Assembly: GCA_965243615.1 (NCBI GenBank)
Contig: CBDEVO010000003.1
Span: 5,594,471 to 5,658,470 of the forward strand
Reading direction: 5' to 3'
From: Vicinamibacterales bacterium
GTDB lineage: Bacteria; Acidobacteriota; Vicinamibacteria; Vicinamibacterales; UBA8438
Length of the DNA stretch: 64,000 nt
The position numbers and the translations under genes were made by a program. How positions within the stretch are numbered: the stretch's first letter is position 1; every line of letters starts with the position of its first letter. Below are positions 34,131-42,527 of the stretch, piece by piece. The notes under the pieces were generated by a model. It ran no database searches and had not been told where the DNA came from. It saw nothing but the letters and a program-made list of their open reading frames with translations.

Positions 34131-35910
34131 GTGTCGGCCAGAAAACCCCCCTCCGCCGGGTGGAAATTGCGGGCGATACGCCGCGCTCGTGACGTGGTTT
34201 CACCATTGGGGAGGCGCTGGGCGGTGTCGCGGGGGCATCCGGCCATCAATCAAGGCTGCCCGCGGGCGTTCAGAAGACAGGAAAACCTGCCGGCCCTCGA
34301 CCCGCAATCCGGAAGTCCGACACGCAAACGGTTCGTCAGGCAGCGCGTCGCAGTCGGTTGCGCTCCCGCTTCTGCAGGAGCAACCCGATGCGATGCAGGT
34401 TGGCGGCCAGTACCGACAGCGCAACCGCACGTGCAAAACCGTCAGCACCATGGCTGCGGACGCGGTCGAGCCCCCGATGCTCCAATCCGTTGATCGCCGA
34501 CTCGATCGCTGGATGCGCACGCCGCGCCGACACAAACGACTCTTCCGATTCCCGCTCCCGGTTCGCTTTCGAAAGATAGCCGCTGCCGGGCAGGGCGTTG
34601 ACGTCCAGCAAGGCGTCGAGTCGCACCCGGTTCGCGGGGCTGTGAAAACCCCGGTCGAAGCTGCAGGCCCGCAGCGCCGGATACAGGGCCTGCGCTTCCT
34701 CCACCATCGGCACCGCCACGTCCACGTCCTCACCCTGCCACAGGATCCGGTGGTGAAGGATGAACTGATGCTGGTCCTCGATGAGAGCGACAGGAACCCC
34801 GAGCTCGACCGGCGTGCCCGCCTTGCCCTTCGAAATCCAGCGCGTGTGTTCCTTGAAGATCGAGAAGACCTTCTCCCCGTGAGGAATCGTCTCATCCCGC
34901 AACAGGCGACGCTCGACCTGGTCGAGCTGCCGCCGGGCGTGCGCGATCAAGCCCCGGATGGATTGGCAGGTGCTTGCCGCGATGCCCTCGTCCCCAAGCG
35001 TGTCGACGGTCGCGACCGCCCGCTCGACCAGTCCACGGCAGCGCTCCACATACGCCTCAACCCGCTCCGGACGCCGCTTCGCCCGACGCGTGGAACGCAC
35101 CCCGTTGAACAGCTTCCGGACCTCCCTCGACAGATGACGCCACTGGCGCCAACCGCCGACCGCATGCTTCACCGCCGCCCGACCCGTCTCCCGAATCAGA
35201 CACCGCATCGCGTCCCACAACAGATTCACGTCCGTCGGGTAGTGCACGTCCGTCTCCACCACGAACGAGTCACACCGACCGCGCAATGGCTCGCCAGGCT
35301 TTTTTTTTGCGACCTTGTGGCCGCTCTCCACCACCAGTTGCCCCACCGCCGACAACAGCTCCGGCGTCAGCAACGACACGTTGTCCCGGATCGTCTGACA
35401 CTCGTAATGCGTCTCGTCGCCGAAGTCGCCGTGTCCCAGGAACGCCCGCACCTTCCCGTGATTGTTCGCGAGGTCGTGAAGACGGTCGAAGTCGCAGCCC
35501 AGACCCTGCTTGAGGACCCCCAACACCAGGACCGGCCACAAGGCCATCCCCGGACGCCCGACCGCATGGTCCACCTCCGGCTGAACATGCTCCTCCAGCA
35601 GCGCGAACAGCCGCGCCCGAAGCGCCTCGTCCGACCAGATGTGCTGAAGCCCCTTCAACACCGCCGGGATGTCGTCCCGCGACTTGGGGTCGAGCCAGAT
35701 CTGTTCAATGGCCACCTCGCCGAGCCGGAACTGTCGTCTGTGAACTTCTCTCATGGCGGTCGATGTCGCGAAGATCTCACTCGAAGGCGGCCGGCAGCGC
35801 GAGATCACCGGCAAGATCACCGGCAAGAATACGACTTTTCGGCAATCTTCGCCACTTGAATCAAGCACAAGTCCCGTAGAATGAAGTGGTTACGGTTTTC
35901 TGGCGGACAC
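34131..35910 (-). mobile_element. complete IS element (about 1780 bp) with 17-bp imperfect IRs and 6-bp target duplication GAATTA
   Basis: Left IR GTGTCGGCCAGAAAACC (34131..34147). Right IR GGTTTTCTGGCGGACAC (35894..35910), a 16/17 complement. Direct repeats GAATTA lie at 34125..34130 and 35911..35916. A single transposase ORF lies inside. Confidence 0.8.
34336..35754 (-). CDS. DDE transposase (resembles those annotated ISNCY-family; family call from memory, tentative)
   Basis: 472 aa from ATG 35754. Sequence features: MREVHRRQFRLGEVAIEQIWLDPKSRDDIPAVLKGLQHIW..., CDSFVVETDVHYPTDVNLLWD, HGEKVFSIFKEHTRWISKGKAG and FDRGFHS. Confidence 0.85.
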   Translation of the reverse strand: MREVHRRQFRLGEVAIEQIWLDPKSRDDIPAVLKGLQHIWSDEALRARLFALLEEHVQPEVDHAVGRPGMALWPVLVLGVLKQGLGCDFDRLHDLANNHGKVRAFLGHGDFGDETHYECQTIRDNVSLLTPELLSAVGQLVVESGHKVAKKKPGEPLRGRCDSFVVETDVHYPTDVNLLWDAMRCLIRETGRAAVKHAVGGWRQWRHLSREVRKLFNGVRSTRRAKRRPERVEAYVERCRGLVERAVATVDTLGDEGIAASTCQSIRGLIAHARRQLDQVERRLLRDETIPHGEKVFSIFKEHTRWISKGKAGTPVELGVPVALIEDQHQFILHHRILWQGEDVDVAVPMVEEAQALYPALRACSFDRGFHSPANRVRLDALLDVNALPGSGYLSKANRERESEESFVSARRAHPAIESAINGLEHRGLDRVRSHGADGFARAVALSVLAANLHRIGLLLQKRERNRLRRAA

Positions 35911-36323
35911 GAATTATCCCCTGAAGCGGGTTATGGGATAGCCGTGGGCGTGGTCGCAGACGAACGCGAAGGACGGCCGCCGAGGAACGGAGACTCTGAG
36001 AATCTCGGAGAAACGGCTGCCGGAGCCAGACGCCGTCGCGCGCCAAGGGCGGGGCCGGGCCGTGACGCCCTCGCGCTCATCCGGAAGGCACCGGCTCAGC
36101 ATGACCGGCCTGGACGCTCCCTCGCGCGCCGACCGCGGCCGTGACCGCGGAAGGCGTGCTCGAAACGCAAAAGCCAGGACCGGCTATCCGCGAGATGCAA
36201 ACCACCCCGTTCGGGAAGATCGCGCGCTGCGCAGCCGCCCACGTGTGCGTACGCCGATCGCCCGGCCGCAACTGAACGTCGCCGGCGACCACGATCCAGT
36301 CGGACGAGCAGGCGTTTGCCGGA

Positions 36324-37496
36324 TCAGGATCCCGGCGCGGACCTGCCGAGCTCCCCTGCCAGCTCGACGAACGCGGTTTCTGCCGCCCGCATCGAGCCCT
36401 CGTTCGTCGCGAACGCCAACACCGTGTTCTTCGCGGGCAGCAGCATGAGCAGCGCGTACCAAAACGTATTGCTGCCGTTGTGCCAGAGCACGGGACCGCC
36501 CGCCCAGTCGCGTTCGTAGCGGACCCAGCCGCGCGCGTAGTCGTCGAGAACCGGCGTGTGCAGCCGCTCCCACGCCGCGGGCGGCAGCAGGGCTGGCGAG
36601 GGGGCGGATTCTCTTTCCAGGTGGGCCGCGCCGTAGCGCGCCAAGTCGAGGATTGTCATGTGCGCCGCGCCCGCAGGAGCCATCACCGGCGAGTTGTCGG
36701 CGCGTGTCTCGAACGGGTCCATGCCCAGTCGAAAACCCAGCGCGACCTGATGCCCGATCGGCTCCTGGTCCGGGGCATCGCCCTGCGGCGGACCGAAACC
36801 GGCGCTGGCGAGGCCGAGCGGTTCGAACACGTGCTCGCGCAGCAGCGATTCGTAGGGCTCGTCGGCCACCGTCTCGGCGATATGGCCGGCGATCGTGTAG
36901 CCGACGTTGGAATAGGCAAAGCGCTCGCCGCAGGGCGAGGCGGGCTCCCTGGCGAGAACGGGGGCGATGAAGCGGCGCCGCGCCGCGACCGTTTCCCCGG
37001 GTGTCTCCGGCCAGACGCTCTGCACGCTCCTCGGAAAGTTCGCCGGGGCGCCCGCGGTGTGGGTGAGCAGATGGTCCAGCGTGCAGGCGGCCCAGCCGGC
37101 GCTCACTTCGAACTCCGGCAGCAGCGCCGCCACCGTGTCGTCGGCCGAGAGCAGTCCTGCGGATTCCAGCACGGCGAGCAGCGTGGCCATCATCGACTTG
37201 GTGACCGAGCCGACGTGCCAGCGATCGTCAACGGTCACCGGGATGCCGGAGCCCCGCTGGCGCTCGCCACTGGCGGCCGCAGCGACAAGCCGTCCGTCGG
37301 TCATCACGGCGGCAGCCACCCCGGTGAGCCCCGTGTCGTACTGCAGCCGGGCGAGGTGGGCCTCGAGATACCCCTGATAGCCCTCCCCCACCTCACCTAT
37401 TGTCACGTAGGGCCGACTGGAACACGCGGTCAGGACCGCCGCGAGCGATGCCGCGGCCACACGTATCCGGACGCTCTCCCCACACCATCCCGCCAT
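36324..37496 (-). CDS. serine hydrolase (beta-lactamase/PBP4-like family) lipoprotein
   Basis: 390 aa from ATG 37496. It has the lipobox AAVLTACSS and an active-site S-x-x-K (GSVTKSMMA). YSNVGY is the second motif. Confidence 0.85.
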   Translation of the reverse strand: MAGWCGESVRIRVAAASLAAVLTACSSRPYVTIGEVGEGYQGYLEAHLARLQYDTGLTGVAAAVMTDGRLVAAAASGERQRGSGIPVTVDDRWHVGSVTKSMMATLLAVLESAGLLSADDTVAALLPEFEVSAGWAACTLDHLLTHTAGAPANFPRSVQSVWPETPGETVAARRRFIAPVLAREPASPCGERFAYSNVGYTIAGHIAETVADEPYESLLREHVFEPLGLASAGFGPPQGDAPDQEPIGHQVALGFRLGMDPFETRADNSPVMAPAGAAHMTILDLARYGAAHLERESAPSPALLPPAAWERLHTPVLDDYARGWVRYERDWAGGPVLWHNGSNTFWYALLMLLPAKNTVLAFATNEGSMRAAETAFVELAGELGRSAPGS

Positions 37497-37605
37497 GCCA
37501 TCCCTCCCCCTGACGCATCTCTTGCCGCGCCGTTGCCGGCTCACGCCGGCAAGTGCTGGCGAACGCCCCCGCGACATGGGCAGCCTTTGTCCGGGGGACG
37601 GTCCA

Positions 37606-40283
37606 TCAGCCCGCCCTCAAGGCAGCCATCGGATCGAGCCGGGCGGCCCGGCGGGCCGGAATCGCCGTGGTCGCCAGCGCGGCGAAGACGACGGCGGCGG
37701 CCGCCACCGCGAACGTCGCCGGGTCGTAGGGACCGACGCCGTACAGCAGGGAGGCGAGGCCGCGGCCGGCCGCGGCCGCGGCCAGCAGCCCCGCCACCAG
37801 CCCGGTTCCGGTGACGGCGAGGGCGCTCCCCACGACGAGCCGGACGAGCTGGCCGGGCGACGCCCCGACGGCAGCGCGGATGGCCAGCTCCTGGCGTCGC
37901 TCGGCGACCGCCCGGGCGAGGGCGCCGAAGAGGCCGACCATCGCCACGGCGAGAGCGAGCCCCGCGAAGCCCGCCGCCGGCAGCACGCGAAGCCTCCGCT
38001 CGGCGATCGTGCCGACGACATGATCCGTGAGCGTACGCACCTCGGGGACCGGCAGCGACGGGTTCAGCGTCCGGATGAGGTCGCGAATCGCCGGGGCCAG
38101 CGCCAGCGGATCGCCGGTGGTCCGCACCACGAGGTGCGCCACGCCGGTGGGCACCCGCGGCCACGGGACGTATATCGAGCCCGCGCGCGGGGCGGCGAGC
38201 CCCTGGTACTTCATGTCGTCGACGATGGCGACGACAGGCGCGCGAGGCTCGAGCTCGAGCAAGGCTTGGAGCAGCGCAGCACCGGCGATGGCGACGCCAG
38301 CCGCGCGAGGCCCGAGGTCGAGGGCATCGATGTAGTCGTAGTGCAGCGGGCGGCCGACCGCGTCCTCGTCCGGGTAGACGAAACGCGCGGCGGTATCGCT
38401 CAGCATCACGGGACCCGGGTCGGCGAGGTTGTCGGCGGCCTCGAACCGCCGCCCGCCCCGCAGCCGCGCGCCGAGCGCCTCGAAGTACCCGCGGGTGACC
38501 GCGGCGAACGAGAGAAAGAGCTCGCGCCTCGACGAGTGACCACTGTCGTCCTCATAGACGAAGTGAATCGACATGGGCTCATCGTCGGGAGGCAGTACGC
38601 TGCCCACCCCGGCCGACTGCACGCCCGGCATTCCGCGCACCCGCTCGAGCAACGTCTCCACGAAGGCGTTGTGGTCGTCGCCTCCGACGAGAGGCCTGTC
38701 GGCGAGCATCAGCCGCGCCGTCAGCGCCTGCCGCGGCTCGAGGCCGGCGTCTTCGTCGAGCAAACGATCGACGGTCAGGAACAGCAGTCCGGCGCCGGTC
38801 AGCAGCACGATCGACAGCGCGATCTGGGCGGCCACCAGCGCCGCCCGCAGGCGTCGCGTGGTCCGCGAGCCGGTCGACGCCGTGCCCCCGCGCAGGACGG
38901 CGCCGTCGCCTCGCACCGCACCGGCCGCCGAGGCGCCGCCGCAGGCCGCGCCGGCCAGCAGGGTCAAGACGAGGCCGGCCGACACGATCGGCAGATCGAG
39001 GACGACGGCGTCCAACCGCGGCATCACGCCGACGGTCATGGCCGCGAACAGCCGCAGACCGGCCCAGGCCGCCGCGAGGCCCAGCATCAGTCCGCCGGCG
39101 GCCATTGCCAGACCCTCGACGAGGGCGGCCCGGACCAGCCGGGCCAGGCCCGAGCCGAGGGCGATGCGGATGGCGAACTCGCGGCTCCGCACCACCGAGC
39201 GGCCGATGAGGAGCGTCGCCGCGTTCGCGCACGCGACCACCAGCACGAGCAGCGCCGCCGCGATCGACAGCCGCAGCACGGGCCGGAGCTCGCCGCGCAA
39301 CATCTCGTCGACCGACCGGACCGCCGCGCTGTGCACGTCGCCCCGGTACTCGAGGGTCTCGCGGACGATCCGCGTCACGTCGTCGCGGGCCTGGGCGAGG
39401 GTCGAGCCGTCCCGCAGCCGGCCCACGAGCTGATTGATCCCCAATTGCGCCCGTGGGGTCCCCGGCGGGACAAGCCACACGTCGACATCGGCCGATGGAA
39501 ACCCGAACCCGGCGGGCATGACGGCCGCGACCTAGTAGCGGCGGTCGCCGACCGTCATCGTCCGACCGAGGGCGGACCCGCCGCTCTCGTCCTCGAGCGT
39601 CCGGGCCAGCGACGCGCTGATGACGGCCCGGCCGTCGGCGGCCGCGAGCCGGGGCGCGACGCCCTGCACGGCCGGTACCCCGAGCACTTCGAAGAAGTTC
39701 CCGGTGACGCTGGCCACCTCCATCACGCGGGTCGGACCCGCGCCGCGCACCACGCGTTCACGCGCGTTGTGAGCGGCCACCCGCATCGTCCTGAAACGGC
39801 GGTTCCACTCGTCGATCCCGACGAGCCGTAGACCGGTTTCCGAGCCGTTCTCCGCGTACACCCGGGCGACCGTGACCGGTCCGCGTCCGGGTACGGCAAC
39901 GGCCGCCAGAGCACGCCGTAGGCGACGGCGAGCACCGCGGTGTTGACGCCCAGGCCCAGGGCGAGGATGCCGACGGCCAGCGCGGTCGTCCCCGGCTGCC
40001 GCACCAGCGAGCGGGCGGCGTACCGCACGTCGTGGAGGATCGATTCGAGCATCGGGAATCCCGCCTGGTCCCTCAGCGACTCCCGGACCTGGGTGACTCC
40101 GCCGAACTTCGCGCGGGCCAGCCGGCGGGCTTCGGCGGGGGTGTTCCCCGCGCGGGCGAACCGCGCGGCGAGCAGGTCGAGATGCATCTCCATCTCCTGC
40201 TCCGCCTCCCGCGCAAGGCGGCGTCGCCCGCACAGGTCCCGCACGCGCGACACGAACGCGACGACGCGTCGCCAGGGGCTCAT
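37606..40283 (-). pseudogene. ADOP-type duplicated FtsX/MacB-like permease, disrupted (1-nt frameshift near 39876 and in-frame TAG at 39532..39534)
   Basis: Three track ORFs (39723..40283, 39532..40434 and 37606..39519) together give a colinear permease: the prefix MSPWRRVVAFVSRVRDL...HDVRYAARSL, then the ...LPYPDADR | VTVARVY junction, which needs one extra base, then ...TVGDRRY-TAG-VAAVMPAGFGFP in one frame. The total of 2678 nt is 3n-1. Confidence 0.75.
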
Positions 40284-40633
40284 GGGTCCGGAGACAACCG
40301 CAGGAGGCGCGCCATGACCCCGGCGATGCGCTCCGAGTCTTCCGTCTGGGCCGCGAGCCGCCGACGGCCCGCCGCAGTGATGGTGTAGAACCGGGCGCGC
40401 CGGTTGTTTTCCGAGCGCCCCCAGCTCGCCGCAATCCAGCCCTGCCGCCGTAGCCGCAGGAGCGACGCGTACACCGTACCCTCGTTCAGGTGCAGCAGGT
40501 CGTCGCTGACCTGCTCGATGCGCCGGGCGATGCCGTAGCCGTGCCGCGGCCCCATGACGTCGAGCGTCTTGAGCACCATCAGGTCCAGCGTGCCCTTGAG
40601 CACGTCGACCCGGCTTTCTCCTATGGTCATCAC
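40280..40633 (-). CDS. PadR-family transcriptional regulator
   Basis: 117 aa. The winged helix is LKGTLDLMVLKTLDVMGPRHGYGIARRIEQVSDDLLHLNEGTVYASLLRLRRQGWI. It has an ATGA overlap with the permease gene. Confidence 0.9.
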   Translation of the reverse strand: MMTIGESRVDVLKGTLDLMVLKTLDVMGPRHGYGIARRIEQVSDDLLHLNEGTVYASLLRLRRQGWIAASWGRSENNRRARFYTITAAGRRRLAAQTEDSERIAGVMARLLRLSPDP

Positions 40634-40899
40634 ATAGGAGTATGAGGCCAGGACCCGTGGCCTGTCAAAGCGTGGAGGCCGTCACCCGTGAAGTCAAGTT
40701 GACGTAGCCCCCGTTAATCCGACCCAAGGGCGGGCCGGGAGCGCGGTGGAGCTCGCCGGGCGTCTGGGCATCCGCGAAGCCGCCGGACGCACCCTGGTCG
40801 TCGAGGATCGGGCCGCCTGACGCCCGGACGGCCCCACTCGCGGCCCCGCCGTGGGCGGCGACCGAGGGGCCCCGGATGTCGAAGCGGGAGCCGGCCGGC

Positions 40900-41155
40900 C
40901 GGGCGTCGGGCGTCGAGACGGGGCTCGTGGCCTCGCGGTCGATGAAGACGCGGCCCTGGTGCGAACTCGACGGTCTCGCCGGGAAGGCCGATGACTCCGC
41001 TCGATCAAGTCACGCTCGGAGTCTTCGGGGAACTTGAAGACGAGGACGTCGCCGCGCGTGACGTCGTCCATGGACAGGAGCGCCCGCACCAAGCCCACGG
41101 TCGCGGACGGCGCGCAAGCAGGAACTCGCTCGCCCGATGGCGTTTCGAACTCAAG
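40900..41155 (-). pseudogene. signal peptidase I-like remnant (multiple frame breaks, catalytic Ser motif lost)
   Basis: Frame 1 reads FETPSGERVPAC...TRGDVLVFKFPEDSERDLIER. Shifted frames read VIGLPGETVEF and GRVFIDRE. This order matches LepB boxes, but SGSM has become SGER and there is no downstream GDNR/SxDSR box. Confidence 0.3.
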
Positions 41156-41174
41156 GCCGGGTGCCGTACACCCG

Positions 41175-41183
41175 TGATAGGAT
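41175..41183 (+). promoter_or_regulatory. extended -10-like element TGATAGGAT, 8 nt before ATG (possible leaderless transcript)
   Basis: It is part of the 11-mer GTGATAGGATG, which is shared with 18543..18553. Confidence 0.3.
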
Positions 41184-41191
41184 GCCGCGTC

Positions 41192-42334
41192 ATGAAGCGA
41201 ATACTGCGTCACGCTGCTCTCGCGGGGGCGCTCTGCGCCCTCCCGCTCGCCGCTCCGACCGAGGCCGCGCAGGAGAGAGAACCGGTGGAAGTCGCAAACC
41301 TGGGACCGCAGATCGGAGAGAGAGTGCCCGACTTCGCGCTGACGGACCAGAACGGCCGCGTCCGGACGCGCGACTCAATTCTGGGGCCCAACGGCGCGAT
41401 CCTGCTGTTCCACCGCTCGGCCGACTGGTGACCGTACTGCAAAGCGCAGCTCGTGGAGCTGCAAGACCGTCTGGAAGAGCTTCGGGGGCGCGGCCTCGGC
41501 GTCGCCGCCATCAGCTACGACTCGCAGGAGGTGCTCGCGGACTTCAGCCGGCGGCGGGGCGTCACCTTCCCGCTGCTCGCCGATGACGACTCCGCCGTCA
41601 TCACCGACTTCGGCATCCTGAACACCGTCGCCATCGAGGCCCACGGCCCCAACGGCGACCACCCCGACGTGGTGGCCGACGTGGCGAAGTACGTCTCCGT
41701 GTTCGGGGCGGGCTCGAACATCATCGGCACGCCGTTCCCGGGCACCTTCATGCTCGACGGCGAGGGCCGCGTGACCGCGCGCTTCTTCGAGGAGTTCTAC
41801 CGCGAGCGGAACACCACCGCGAACGTGATGCTCCGGCTCGGCGAGGGGCTGTCGCCCATCGAGGCCATCGAAGGGTCGACCGCGCACCTGAAGTTCACCG
41901 CCTACGCCAGCGATCCGGCCATCACCGTCGGGACCCGTTTCTCGGTGGCGGTGGAGATCGAGCCGAACCCCGGCATGCACCTCTACGCCCCGGGAGCCGA
42001 CGAGCTCGGCTATCGCGTGCTCGGGCTGTCCCTGTCACCGCTGCCGCACACCCGGTTCGAGCCGGTGGCGTACCCGGCGTCCGAGATCTACCACTTCGAG
42101 CCGCTCGACGAGCGGGTGCCGGTGTACCAGGCCCCGTTCACCCTGCTCCAGGAGGCAGTGGTGTCCGGCGCCCCGGGGGTGGAGGACGCCCTCGCCGAGA
42201 TCGACGCGGTGACGCTGTCGGGCACCCTCGACTACCAGGCGTGCGACGACCGGCTCTGCTACGACCCGGTGTCGGTGCCGCTGTCGTTCACCTTCGAGGT
42301 GGACCTGCTCGACCGGCAGCGGGCCAACCGGTAG
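41192..42334 (+). CDS. candidate selenoprotein: secreted PRX-like/AhpC-TSA thioredoxin-fold domain (U-P-Y-C) fused to DsbD-N-terminal-like domain; Sec at codon 80 (TGA 41429..41431)
   Basis: Track ORFs 40991..41431 and 41453..42334 are in the same frame, interrupted only by the TGA. Read-through gives LLFHRSADW-U-PYCKAQLVELQDRLEELRGRGLGVAAISYDS. The C-terminus has LDYQACDDRLCYDP. The signal peptide is MKRILRHAALAGALCALPLAAPTEAAQ. Confidence 0.7.
41446..41462 (+). promoter_or_regulatory. SECIS-like hairpin GCAGCUC-GUG-GAGCUGC, 14 nt 3' of the in-frame UGA
   Basis: A perfect 7-bp stem in a 17-nt element with G/U in the apical loop. Its position and size are compatible with bacterial SECIS minimal elements. 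Confidence 0.5.
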
Positions 42335-42363
42335 CCTGACAGCCGGCCCTTCTCAAGAGACTG

Positions 42364-42408
42364 AAGGCCAGGAATCTGCACCGTTCCGCAACGCAGATTC
42401 CTGGCCTT
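42364..42408. repeat. palindromic intergenic repeat, extended covarying copy (16-bp perfect stem)
   Basis: AAGGCCAGGAATCTGC-N13-GCAGATTCCTGGCCTT. Its reverse complement aligns at 24 of 31 positions with the 46522..46552 core, with paired (compensatory) changes. It lies between convergent genes. Confidence 0.6.
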
Positions 42409-42527
42409 GTCGCCGTCCGGCAGCCCGCGGCGCCCGCCCGCCACCATCCACCGGCGTCACGCGAGTCGGCGCCGGCCCGACGCTACCGGTGTTCGTCCCC
42501 CCGCTTCGACGTCGGACGCATGAGGCG

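Noticed and set aside
36077-36292. 71-aa minus ORF in the 400-bp gap after the IS (possible gene remnant)
   Set aside because: It has no RBS, no recognisable motif, and a composition compatible with chance in GC-rich DNA.
39532-39534. In-frame TAG in the ADOP permease as programmed read-through or pyrrolysine
   Set aside because: The same gene also carries an independent 1-nt frameshift. No pyl genes or PYLIS-like context are visible. A nonsense mutation or error is the simpler explanation.
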